Origin: Trichosphaerium sp. ATCC 40318
Taxonomy: Eukaryota > Protista > Tubulinea
Length of the DNA: 64,000 bases
Direction of reading: 5' to 3'
Assembly: GCA_038496445.1 (NCBI GenBank)
Contig: JALMLS010000562.1
Coordinates: 62,001-126,000 of the forward strand
Positions 46,426 to 59,298 of the stretch are shown one piece after another. Numbering within the stretch: position 1 is the first letter of the stretch; each line of letters begins with the position of its first letter. The notes beneath the pieces are model-generated. The model was not told where the DNA came from. It was given only the letters and a program-made list of their open reading frames with translations, and did no database searches. Position numbers and translations under genes: made by a program.

Positions 46426-49400
46426 TTAATCAAAAGGAGACGATTCCGACTCGTCTGGTGTCTCTTCACCGCTAGCAACCAAGAAGTTATCATCTTCTTC
46501 ATCAATCAACTGTGTACCACCTTGTGGTAGTTGAATCCACTCAGGAGCTTTTGTAATCCATGGACAAGTCCTGCACGTGAACAAAAAAATTAACTTTCTG
46601 CCAGCAGCAAAAAAAAAGTTTGTAAAAGCAAGCTGTTACCTTCTGACGAACTCAGACCTACCACCAAGTACCATGCCTACGCAAGTAAACACTACTAGCG
46701 CTAGTAGTACACCCAAAACCATCTACATATTTCATTAATCAAAAAATGACTATCACGTGTTTTGGCGTACAAATACACGTTGCACTGTTGTAAAGTGGCG
46801 GTGATGAGAAGGACATGATTTTACGGCTGGCATAAATCGTGTGACAGTGTTGTTTGTTTTTGCAAAGAAACAAGTATCTCCTGGGATACGACGGAATCCA
46901 GACGTAACAGTGTACGTCGTTCCAGCTTTACAAGGTGATGGAACAGCTACAACGGCTTTTTTGTTCTTGTTAATACACTTTCTAGCACAGTAAGAGTGTT
47001 ACGTACTGTTATCAACTACGGCGCAGTTTCCTGATAATGTCTCTTCAAAACCGTAATCACATTCAAAATCCTCAGCAATACATGAACAATTACGGATAGA
47101 AACCACGTGATTAGTAGCCTACATTCAAGTTACATTGAGGAAAAAAATGAAAAGAAAAAACAGCGTTTTTTTGCTTTATGTACCGTATCTGAGTAGCAGT
47201 CTGCCGATCGAGAACGTCGTTTGTATGTTATTTCGTGACCAAGCACGCACTTTCCATCATTCCTTCCGTCTCTGGCTGACCTAAAGCATAAAATAAATAG
47301 TGGTTCAAAGGGATAACCTTACCATGTCTCATAGTCTGATTCTTCACATTGTTTCTCATGCACATTTGTGAAATCAAGTCCCCAGTATGCGCTTGTACCA
47401 TCTACACGATTATATCAATTATAAAAGCAATAATTTGTCATCTCGTATACCTTCAACCTGACCAAATATAGCCATACGTTTTCCAGAAGCAGAGAATTGA
47501 AATACATTGATTATCTTTATTGGTTTATCTTTTTTGTATTAGTTAATTCCGGGCACCTTTTCAGATCTTTGGCGTACCAGTGAAGTTAAATCCTGTCCAA
47601 GTAAGACCTTCATCAAGCGAGTAATAAACTGTTTTTGTCAGCACTGTATTGTGAGCAACTACAAGAATTCCTCCGTGATCACCATACTCATAAATAGTTG
47701 GACCTAGTTATCAACAATCAATATCAATATCCGCAAGAATAAAACTGCGTGCCTTTCATTATTTGATCCCAAGATAAGCCACCATCACGTGATAGATATG
47801 TATTAATTTTACTCTCATCAATTGTGAGGGTATCACCTACATTACCTGTACCAATTACAAGGCCTGCGAGTAATATGTTAGAGCCTAAGTTAATGATAAA
47901 ATTTACATACCAACAGCTTCAGGTGCTGAGTAAAAGTTGCCATAGAATCCACCTCCTACGCCAAGCCATGTGGTCACTCCAAAAATATTCAAATGACAGC
48001 GCTCACATCCAGTAGTATTAGAGCCTTCTGGGGCCTGTAAACGTCTCCACTCTTTACCGTTATCATATGTTATAAACGTTTGTAAAAGTGTCTCTCCACC
48101 AGGTGTTATGTCATCTTCCCATGTTGTTAAGTAGTTTACAATATAGTGTCCCTGTAACAGTAACATCAATCACGTGTTTCGTTTAGAAATGGGAAAGTAA
48201 ACAAGAAAATTACAGATAATACAAGGTAAAATTAGGACACAAGAGCTTAAGATCAAAATACCTCCAAGGAAAGAATCGGAGCGAAATCCCACCAATTATT
48301 AAAGGAATTACAGTGTTTGAATGCCAATGCAAATTTAATACCATCAGCATCGCTAATATCGTCAGTTAATGGTTTGAAACTATTTTTATGTTGTGCTTAC
48401 GATACATAAATATCACCTGGTCGAGGTACACCAGATGATCTGTCACCATGATTTACTAGTAGAGGTTAGTAAAACTCCCAATGGGCTATTACTAAAAACG
48501 CACCAGCAATCCATATAGCGCCTGTTCTATCATCTAAAATTTGCTCTTTTCTAAGCACAGTCTTAGCTAAATGGGATACAAAAGAATTATATTGAACCTC
48601 AAGGTAGGCACGTTGATATTAGTTGGAAGGAGTGCATTTTCGAAAGATTCACCATGATCTCTGCTCACATAGAGGTCTTTTCTGATTGGTAGAATAGGAT
48701 CCTGGCCTAGTAGTAATAAGTGTTTAAAGTACAGCTTATTAGTACTGACCTATAAGTAGCAAGAATTTTGTATGATCAAGGAAGTAATCAACGTGTTTAA
48801 CAACTCTACATGTAAATAAGTCATCTATAAACAGCTGTCGAAAGGTCATACACTCTCCATGTTACTCCTAAGTCGTTACTGACTTTAAATTGCTGATGTT
48901 CATCTACAACACATATATGTTCATTCTGTGTATGTGTACCAGCGTGACACCATGAGTATTGGGTTGCTTTATCAGCGATTTTCGTCCATGTAGCACTTAA
49001 ATAAATGTCTGTTAATAACCCGAAGTCAAAAGTGGGTAAAAACCCTTATTGGTACCCGCTATCTTTAGTAATGTAGACATCATATATGCTACCACCTACA
49101 TGACCCAACGCCCATCCAAATACTTTCGGATGCCACACAAACCCCTTTAAGAGATTTACATTAACACGTACAGACTCAATTTGTCCACCTAAGCCACGTG
49201 TTAAGAAAGAGGTGAAAAGATAAAAAAAAATCGTATTCCTTGCTTACCCAAGTCTGTTGTGAAGTAACTTGTTTTACCTGCACCCAAGAAAAACGCCACA
49301 GCACTATTTACAGGAGACGGGTGAATTGCAATAACGTCTTAAAATAAAAATAAGAAAGTCATCACGTGATCAATACTAAACGTCATACTTGTAGCGTTTG

Positions 49401-49898
49401 TAGGTTCCCACGTTAACATTGCGTCCCAAGATACGTATACTCTTCGTCCCTTTTAAAAAATGAGTTGTGTAAGGTTAAACGTATATTACAGCTCTTGCTA
49501 GGCCAAATATGATGTCTGCAGTCGCGCGTTTAAACGCAATAAACTGTATTGGATTAAATGTTACGCTGACACCTAATTTGCTGTAAGGAAAAGGCCTTTA
49601 GCATATTCGTAGTACCAGAAGCTTGCACACTTCGATGCACAATGTTGTTTTGGAGTAATGGGGTATGAACTCTTTTGTAATATCGATCAGATGCTTACAA
49701 ACCACATTTTTACGTACGTTGTAGGCTGTGCCATGGTTCTTTTCGTGCTGGTAACAGTAATCGGGAATTTATCTTCCGACCAGTGCGCTGATCACGTTAG
49801 CACTGTTTTCAACGTCTAGACGTACGTGAAGAAGGGGATATGGACAAATTGTACGAAATAAAGGCGAGGAAACACAAATACACGATAAACAAACGCAT
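46426..49898 (-). CDS. VPS10: VPS10/sortilin-family sorting receptor, very intron-rich
   Basis: Asp-box repeats (TYDNGKEW, SRDGGLSW, SLDEGLTW), YEYGDHGG, CEESDYETW, CVLGH, DFECDYGF, GFRRIPGDTC, a TM and an acidic tail. Confidence 0.9.
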
Positions 49899-50106
49899 GG
49901 CACTCACACGCGTAGGTACGTTGTGTTTAGTTACTGTTAATGACTTCAACTGAATTTTATTTACACATATTACAGATTTTACTGGCTAAAAAGATTGAGT
50001 ACCTAACTGATGCTATTGTACACAATACGATAGGCGTGCGTTCAAAGTGTCAAGTAACCTTAAGCATATTAACACTTTTTACAGCTGTGAGTTTGAGTTA
50101 GCAACA

Positions 50107-51725
50107 ATGAGCACGCCCAAGCGCAAATTAGAGCATAGTACACCATTAACGCGCAAAAAACAGCGCACAGGAGTATGTAAACCTTAAAACGTTGTCTCAA
50201 CCACGCCAGGCAACTGTATCAGTCATAATACCAGTATATAACGCAGAAAAATGGTTGGATGAATGTTTAGCATCTGTGATAGCTCAAGACTTTGATTTAT
50301 CTCGGTTACAAGTCTGTATATTCGACGACAGTAGTACAGTACGTATTTGACGCAAACTGTTACAGCTTACAGTGCAGGACTCGTCCCAGAAAATTATTCT
50401 AGATTGGAAAGACAAATTTTCAGCAAAAAATATTGATGTTGCTTTTGGAACTAATGACGGGTACTCCGCGGATATTACATTTATTGCTGAGATATAATAG
50501 GAGTGGTAAAGGATGTGGCTTCGCCAAAAATAAGGCTGTGGCTCTTGCAACAGGCGACTACCTCTGGTACTTTGGACGCGTTTTTCTTCATCCATTCTTC
50601 TTATTCTCACGTGCCTTACTCCTTAGCTTTCTTGATTCGGATGATATAATGCTACCATCACGTATAACCATGCAACTCAAAAAGGCTGAGGACAATCATA
50701 AGGCCATTATAGGTTCCAACTTTATTAGGTGCAACCATTGCACTAGTAGTGAGTTTTTATTTCAGTTACAGGGTACCAGAAGATGCCACCCCTAGATACA
50801 CACAGTGGTGCAATAGTCTAACAAACGACCAATTAGTAGCGCATGCGTTTAGGTAATAACTTATACCAATACATTACTAATATCTTGCAGGGAAGTTACT
50901 ATAATTCATCCCACTTGGTTTTACCATAAAAGGTAGAATATAATAAGAATTAATTGATTCTTATGCTAAAAATACAGTGTCTACGATAAGGTTGGTGGCT
51001 ACGACAATACTACCGATGCACCAGAGGACATGATATTCTTTTATAAGCACTTAGTAGGTGGTGGTAAACTGTTTAAAATCAACAAACCACTCTTAAAGTA
51101 CTGTACATAGTACATTTTAAGAAACTTAGAATGGTTGCTAGGTATCGCTACCATGGAGACATGACGTCGCACAAGATTGATAAAAAGCATTAATGACAAT
51201 CAAGGCAAAGGCGTTTGAAGCGCTCATACTACCAAAATGGGAAAGTTTTATGATATGGGGAGCGGGCAGAGATGGTAAGCTGCTGTATAAGAAGTTATCA
51301 GTTGAAGCACAACAAAAGGTGTGATTGTTATAATACAATATTGACAATAACGCAAACAAGGTTGCAGCTTTTTGTGATGTAAATGAAAAGAAAATTGGCA
51401 CAGACATGGTTTTAAACCACACTACAAAACAAAAAGTACCAGGTGCGTTCAACCAATCTATCGTTAATTAACGAAGCACAGTAAAATCATGGAAAGAAAT
51501 AACATCTCCATTTGTCACGTGGTATGTCGCACCCTTCGCGTTTCAACACACGTTGCGATTTCATTGAACTGACGTAGTAAATATAGCGTAACACTGGACA
51601 GGTTTTCTCAATTTGAAAAGAACCTTGAAATATCTGGATACAAAGAAGGTACGAGCACAATGTTACACTGATCTAGATCTATGAATGACACAAAGATAGG
51701 GGCAGATTATTATCCCCTGGTGTAG
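50107..51725 (+). CDS. B3GNTL1: GT2 glycosyltransferase B3GNTL1/QTGAL (queuosine-tRNA galactosyltransferase-like)
   Basis: VSVIIPVYNAEKWLDECL, GCGFAKNKAV, FLDSDD, IHPTWF, PEDMIFFY, IWGAGRDGK, VAAFCDVNEKKIG, PFVTCV. Confidence 0.85.
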
Positions 51726-51984
51726 CATTGGCTGTCGTTGCCCACTCGGTAGTTGCAAGCGTAAATGTACAGAAGTAGAGCGACAAAAAATAAATACCGC
51801 CTTGGCACATTTGAGAACAGCGAAAAAAACCAAGTATCACTGAATTGTAAAAAAAGTTGTATTTAACACCTATAACGTGTTTGAGCTGGTCTACTTGAGC
51901 GCTCAGGCCTTTCTTAAGAATGTAATTAAGTTACACTAAGTCATTTCCGAAACATTTGCGATATCATAATTCAGGAAAGCTAAA

Positions 51985-54900
51985 ATGCAAGAGACCACAA
52001 CCTTCTTCCCTGAGTCGCTTGAAGACGCCGACCTGAAAACAGAGGATTTCTTCTCGCAGCCACCGCAGCACCCTGAATATTTAAATTACGTACAGCATAC
52101 AGATATTACAACAGATACATCACAAATGCCTGGATTACCCACAGTTCCACAACTCGACCCAAATAACCAATGGTACCGATATTATATGGAAGAAAAACAA
52201 CAGCGGGAGAAAATGCAGCAAACAATGGCTGGTCTAGAAACATTATTGTACGCTAACGCCAAAAATTTCGTTTCCGACGCCAACGCCTATTACAATAATA
52301 TAGTTAACCATCAAATAAAACTAAATAAATATTTAGACAACGTTACCAAGGCGAACTTTCGCGATTACAGACGCTACCAATGCCTGGACTAATGCAAGAT
52401 TTATCTAAACCTCAAATGTACTAGCTTTTAACTCAAGTATACAATTCTGCTGACACCGCATTTTCAGTTTACCGAACGACAGTTTGTTAGAAATCATAGA
52501 CGATGAAGAATATCCCTTCTGTAGATACATGGTATGCTTGCTATACACAAAAAACCTGAATATTTACGAAAAAACGTTAGGTAACGGAGGGTACTGTAAG
52601 ACCTTTCCCTGTTCTCACAGTCAATCTCAAAGAGAATCTAAAGAGTGTTTTAATCAAAGCCGAGCCAGCAGCAAACTACAAGTGAGTTTTAGTTGATTTT
52701 TAGACAAAACTGAAATCCCGGTGACTAACTTTTTTTGTAGATTCAAAGTAGAGAACCACATTGCTTTTTATAAAGCTAAAGACCAAAAGGTTATCACCCA
52801 CAAGAAGGTACATGCTTTCGCAAATATTTGCGTAGGTTTCCGCCGCTAACGCCCTCAAAAGGTTGGTAATGTAATCATTTTCGACGATTTGCGTATCTCT
52901 GGTGTTGGTACAGCCGATGGAGACATTATTCAGATTGAATTCAAACTGTACAGCATTGATGGTCCTAACTCTACGCTCCTTGCCACCAAAACATCCCCAA
53001 ATATTCAAGTATACAACCACTCACAGTATTTCCCTGGTATGCTTTCTTTTCTCCCTACATCTATCTAATTTGTACCTACTAGCACCTTGTATTACAAAAC
53101 TACTTCCAAACTGGGCTACAGTAGGTGAGAGACGTAAAATAGACGTATTTGGGCCATTGTTTTTGAAGAAGAAAATTTTGGAGTGTCAATTTCTTGAAGA
53201 AACAGGAAAGCAATTCTCCCTCCTAAGGTATGACGGTCTAACAATTAATCCGAATCTTACTTACCTTATAACCTTAGAAAAGCAGAGATCCAACGTAAAA
53301 GAAACTGCTTTCACAGCTTTTCCTTCACAGCTCCAGATCACCCTCAAGGACGTGTTTTCCTTCGCTCTCGTTACGTAAACAGAGATTTTGGTACTGGCAA
53401 ACCTTTCTTCTACCTTGGTACGACACAGGCTTCCTTGTCTTTTTTGTTGTTCCTTCCACTCTAACATTATCTCTAGTACCACCTACCAGCGGTAAATTAC
53501 CTCGTGAACGCGTAATTACAAGCGGCGAGTTCCGTAAAAACGCGGACGGCGGTTTTACACACCATTCATCATTCAGACCTCTCAATGAGAGCAGTGGTAC
53601 TGATTCGCTTGGTTTCTTCCAAGTTTTGGGAGATTCATACGATGGTAACTACCAATCCCTTAGTGTACGTCAAAGCTATTGTTTAATGTGAGGAATAAGT
53701 GCTTACTGTTATTAGAAACTCATGAAAAACGCAGTTGCTCGCGAATGCGTTAATAAAAGAGATGTGAATGGATGTACAGCCTTGTTCTGGGCTTGCTACC
53801 GTGGACACGAAAAATGTGCCAAACTTTTGTTAGTTTGCAAAGCGAACCCAAACTGTGCTAGTTCCCGAGGTCAAACTCCACTACACGCAGCTACGCTAAG
53901 CAAGTCTGATAAGATCGTAAAAGAGCTTCTTAAATACCACGCCAAACCCGAAGCAGCTGACCACGAAGGTTGTACTGCTTTACATCTTGCTTGTGCAACT
54001 GGTGCCACAAAGTGTGCCAATATTTTGATGAAACAAATGGAGGATCTAGATATGATCGATAATGATAAAATGACACCATTGCACTACGCTGCAATGACAC
54101 AAAGCGAAGGTACGCTAGAACGACTCTTGGCTTTCTTTTTTTTTTTCGGAAATTTTGAAGACTTACTCTCTTGCTTAGAAACCTTTTTATCTATTGCCGA
54201 AGAATCCGCTGCAAGAGGAGAGGAACTCGATATGGTTGATAGCAACGGTCTTACACCTTTGCATTGGGCCAGTGCTTCTGGAAGCAGTCGAGTAGTCGAG
54301 TTTTTATGCAAGCAACCTGAAGTCAACATAAATGCTGTCAACTTCGACAAACAATCTGCTCTATTCTTTGCTGTTCAAGCAGGTGAAGAGAAGATTGTTC
54401 GTACTCTATTAGAATACAAAGCAAATCCAAACCTTTGCGATACTTTGAAGGAAACACCTCTATTCACTGCAGTCCGCGAGGGGAACGATAATATTGTCGG
54501 CATGCTCATGGACAACAAGGCTGATATGTCAGTTACAAATGTTTTCGGTCTTAACCCTATGGAAGCAGCTGAGAAGAAAGCAGTAACTGCTCCTGTTCAA
54601 AAGAAGAAGCCTGTTGTACAAGAATTTAAAACAAGTAAGAAATCCGAGGAATCTCCACGAAGTGGCAAGTATGAAGTTACAACCGGTCCTGTTCTTCTAC
54701 GCGATACAGATGATAGTCCAATCGATGAAGAGACTCTAGAGTTCATTGAAGGTCAACTACAACCTCAAACAGGCAACGCTGATATGGCTCCACATAAGAA
54801 GGGTACGCACAAACTCTTGGGTTTTTTTAAGTTGTTTGTCGATCTGTTTTCTTACTTTTTTCTTTTAGAAGTCATGAACAAACAAAGTTCTATGGTTGTC

Positions 54901-55092
54901 AAATATTTGAAGAGGCTTGAGTCTAGATTCAATGAAGAACAAGCTGCAAATAAGAAGAATAAAGAAAGAATTGGTCGCCAAGATATGGTCATTGATGAGC
55001 AAAAGAGGCAGATTAAGATATTAGAAGCACGTATGAGCGATTTGACGAATAGCATTGCTGTACTCAGAGCTCATATTGGATTAAAATCTTAA
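51985..55092 (+). CDS. Single gene: acidic/Q-rich N-terminus + Rel/velvet-like Ig-fold domain + IPT/TIG + ankyrin repeats + C-terminal coiled coil
   Basis: Exons splice in phase: LEIIDD..RYMVTEG..RPFPVLTV..VIIFDDLRI..IEFKL..SPNIQVYN; APCITKLLP..IDVFGPLF..FTAPDHPQG..PFFY; multiple TPLHxA ankyrin repeats. Confidence 0.8.
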
Positions 55093-55400
55093 AGAGCTTT
55101 TAAAACAACCAACAACAACAATTTGTTCATTATTAACCCCTCCTTGTATTCTTACTTGTATTTTACAATTTTTTGCACTACCCTGTATAAAATGTACATT
55201 AACCCTCTACACCTGTTCACTTTTTTTTTTTGTTGCGAAACCAAGCGCTATGTGCTACTGCCCAAATTGAGAAAGTTATATTTATTACACAAGCTATTTG
55301 TACAGTTTTTTTATTTGTTTTTTTTTTTTTACCAACTTAGGAAAACGAAAATGTGATGTACTTTCACCTACCTCCAAAAGAGAAGACTTCGCGTTTTTTG

Positions 55401-57369
55401 CTAGTACGAATTTTCGTTATGTCCTTCGTCTGAATAAGAACGAGAATTATCTTCATCATAGCTATCAACGTAATTACCCTCTGGAGAGTAATCATAGTTA
55501 TCACTGTCATCAGAATCTGATGACCTGTAGTAATCATCATTAAAAAAATCCGGTGGAACTTCTTGCATTTGCACAGAAGGCGCAGTCTAAGACAATAATT
55601 AGCACGTGAGTGTAAGCAAGCAAAAAAAGAGGAACCAGTCGTGGCACGTACGGATAAGCGCTTTATGTTCTCCAAAATAGAGTTACGTAATTGATCTAAG
55701 TACTGTTTGTGATTCTGGTTCTCTATTGGTGGATATTTAGCTTTTCCATTTAATAAGAAATCTGGGCCATAGAATTCATAATATGATGACTTCTTTGGTA
55801 TTTCATTTGGCACAGGTGTATTTAATATGACAGATGTTTCATTTACCCTAAGCATTTATGTCAACTCAAAAAATTTCACAAGGAAATGAAGACAAAGAAA
55901 AATGGCAACCACTTTAAAGGTGGATGTAGCGTACCAACATCGTGCAACGTTACGTATTGTATAACCTCCACCTCCAAGAACAAGTAGAGGTTTTCCCAAT
56001 CCCTTCACAAACTCAACACAATCGGCATGACCCTACGAAACAGTTAAGAAAATCGAAATGTACCAAGATTAAGTTGTGCTTTTTGTTAAACGACAAGGAT
56101 TGAACTTACTTTCAGAGTTAAATTAAAATTACCAATCCTATCATCTCTGAGCGAATCAGCACCACATTGTAAGACAATTGCTTCTGGTTTATAACACTGC
56201 ATAATAGCTTCAATTGTAGGCTTGAATAAGCACATGTAACTACGATCATCAATACCTAAACCATTAGTAAACACCCCACAGCTATCCAATTATATGGTGA
56301 AATTTACGCACCATCTTTCAGCGGTACATTAACAGAATAATACTTTCCTCTCAAAGTACCAACTTCGGTTGCATCTCCTTAAACTTTAATTTAGAAAACC
56401 GCCCCTTACAAAAACAACAAAATAATGTTGCCATCCCACACCTGTGCCTGGAAAGAACCCGTTGCCATATTTATGAAAACTAACAGTGAGTACTCTATCA
56501 GTTAAATAAAAAGCGTCTTGGACCTACACAAAACAATTAAAAAGAAACCCACCAGAAACGGTTGCTGCAGCAAAACTTCACTGTCCAAAAAAAAAAAAAA
56601 AAGCTTCATAAAAATATTATCACGTGCCCCATCTCCATGGTGAATATCTATATCGATATACAACACCCGAGGGTGATATTTAAGAAGTTCTTGTATACCA
56701 AGTACAATATCATTAACATAGCAAAATCCTGAAGCCTCATCTTTGCGAGCATGATGAAGACCTCCAGCCCAATTGATAGCCACATCACAATGACTGTTAT
56801 AAAACCCGTTAATTTAGTTTGCTTGTGGCGGTAAGTACCCATGATTTAACATCTGAGCGCCGTCTACAGAGCCTCCAGCGTATAATTGACAGAACTTGTA
56901 GAGTCCTGGGAATCCTGACGTTTTTTGTTAACGTTAGAAGATTGTAATTGCTTAGTTTACCTGGACAGTCCATGAACACGTTAGCAGACCGATTTTCTGA
57001 TGTTTTTGGTGTCAACCTTTATGTTGCAAGGTTAAGAAGTTAAATTATAGGCACTAAGTTGCTGTAAAGTACCTTTTAAGATACTGTACGTATTCTGGGG
57101 TGTGGAATTTCGCTAAATCTTCGTCTGTTGCTCTTCTTGGTTTAAACATATCCATTTTCTCGTGGAGACCGTAGGTGAGTATGAGATCATGCGTTAGAGA
57201 AAGTCTGTGTGGCTATACCAATATAAGGAACTACTACTGAAGCAAACTACGTCGCACGTACTTTCATAGGGTGTCCTTCGCCGTAGTGGAAATTACCGAC
57301 CTCATTGTCATGAAAATACACTATCCTCTTTTTACTTGGTGGTCGCCTGTTCGTAGAGTCTGTGGTCAT
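55401..57369 (-). CDS. HDAC3: Class I histone deacetylase, HDAC3/Hos2-like
   Basis: [81 protein letters not shown]. Confidence 0.9.
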
Positions 57370-57454
57370 CTTGCTAGTACTAGCGCCTTTAAAGAGACTA
57401 CGGTTGACAAATTGTCACGATAATTCCGTTGATAAACATTAAATCGATTGAGAA

Positions 57455-58266
57455 ATGCTCAAAGCATGTTGGTCTCGCTCTTCTATGCGTATACCTACCC
57501 GGAGAGTATCTATTGAGAATGTACTATTACAATTAGTCCCTTTGCATTTAACACCTGTCTGTAGCGTAGAAATAGACGTAAATCTGTGGTATACTACTCT
57601 ACGAGGCCAATGGTTGTTAAAAAAGACGAACTGGCTGACATTCGACGTTCAATTAGCGCTGGCAGTCATAAAGCAAAGCTAACATTCGTTTGGACAGCTT
57701 TGTCAAGTATTCAAGATCAAGGACCAGGTAACTAACGAAATCGACTCTATCGGCTTACAAACATACCAAAAGGATGGAAAGAAGCGTTCGAAGTACTTTC
57801 TGAAGCACACATGTACATGGAACACGTACAAACCTAACTTCAGCTGTTATGTATTTGTAACATCAACTAGTTAATACTAGACAAGGACTTTATTTCCGCT
57901 CGCACTAGCTATAGCCTGTCAAAAGAAGAACAACTCAGTACATACCGTGATTTGGGCTTACAGCGAGAAAAGATCAAACGGTCTCCAAACTACATAAAGC
58001 CATATTTAAACACCGTCAAACATTACTATAATTTACATCAATACAAAGAGATGCAAGAGAGCCTCGAAGCGGCAATTAACGTTGCAAAACAACAACATTA
58101 TTTTCTTCAAGGTGTCAATCTCGAGTACAAATACTTAGATACAGAACGAGCTAAGCTAGCTTACGATAGTGCAAACGACGCAAGTAAAAGTTCGGTGTCA
58201 AGGTTTGATAGGACAACAGCTAAACAGAACCTTTGGAAAACGCATCCTGACATAGAAGTAGTGTAG
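57455..58266 (+). CDS. Hypothetical protein with an Arg/Ser-rich mitochondrial-type presequence
   Basis: MLKACWSRSSMRIPTRR N-terminus; short GT-AG introns join to ORF 57952-58266; no family recognised. Confidence 0.55.
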
Positions 58267-58466
58267 TGTAATGTAAATAAAATTTTGTGGTTTTTTTTTA
58301 TTTTACATTCTGGTGAACTGGGATAAATAGTTGGGATTTTTCGTTGATGTGCCAGTACCGCCTTTTGTATACAGCGTTTTGTTTGTTTTTGCAAGATATG
58401 TAATTTGTTTATGTCACCAGAGATTGCTCCTTTTTTTTTTCGTTTTTTTTTTGTTGTTGTGTTTGT

Positions 58467-59052
58467 TTAAGAGTCCAGAGTTGGTCTGTCAGGCATAGGA
58501 TCATAATGATAGCTAAATAGACATAAGTACTTGGTTACAATTTGTGTGTGGCATACGCTCGCGTTCTGTATTCTTGACCTAGTGGAATGTAATCTGGATC
58601 ATCGCCTAATAACTCCATTTCATCGTCTATTAGAGCTTGTTTAACGCGCAAAAACCTACAAACGATGAGAATAAGCGTGAAGAGCGATGATTGACCTTCT
58701 ATCCTCTTCTGCTTGTAGTAGAGGCATTAAATTGATACGCATTTCCCTGCATTCGCGCTCATCGTCCCTATAGAGTGTTACAGCGCCAATTTTAATGGAT
58801 CATTACCTTTGTTTAACACCAGCAAGGTAAACTGAATACCTACCGACTGCAGCAATAGTACAATATAATCCTACCCAAGCAACACCGTTGAGCAATCGCC
58901 CTTTTGCTTTTCTAAATGGCACATATACTTTTGGTGGCTTCCAGCGCCCTAAGCAGTGTTATATACGACTCTTAGTGAATTATTAAATTACCAACTAATT
59001 GTAGCGCATTAGATTGTTTAGGGACACGTAGTCTGTCTCCAGCGTCAGCCAT
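58467..59052 (-). CDS. NDUFA13: Complex I subunit NDUFA13/GRIM-19
   Basis: Single TM followed by RINLMPLLQAEEDRRFL. Confidence 0.75.
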
Positions 59053-59298
59053 TGTGTAAATAGGCTATGGAACTGAGATATAGTAAGTCAAAACATGTCT
59101 TTCCGCCTGTTTTTTTTTTCTTCAACTCAATTTTCTTTGGTGACATACTTAAAGTTTACAATGGCACAAAAAGAAAATAAAACGTGAAATACATAACGGT
59201 ACCTCAGTGACAGTTGAGCAAACAAAACTTGTACATTTTTTAGTAATATTTTCACTTTATTTTCAAAATACAATTAGACAACCATGGCGTTTTCTTGT

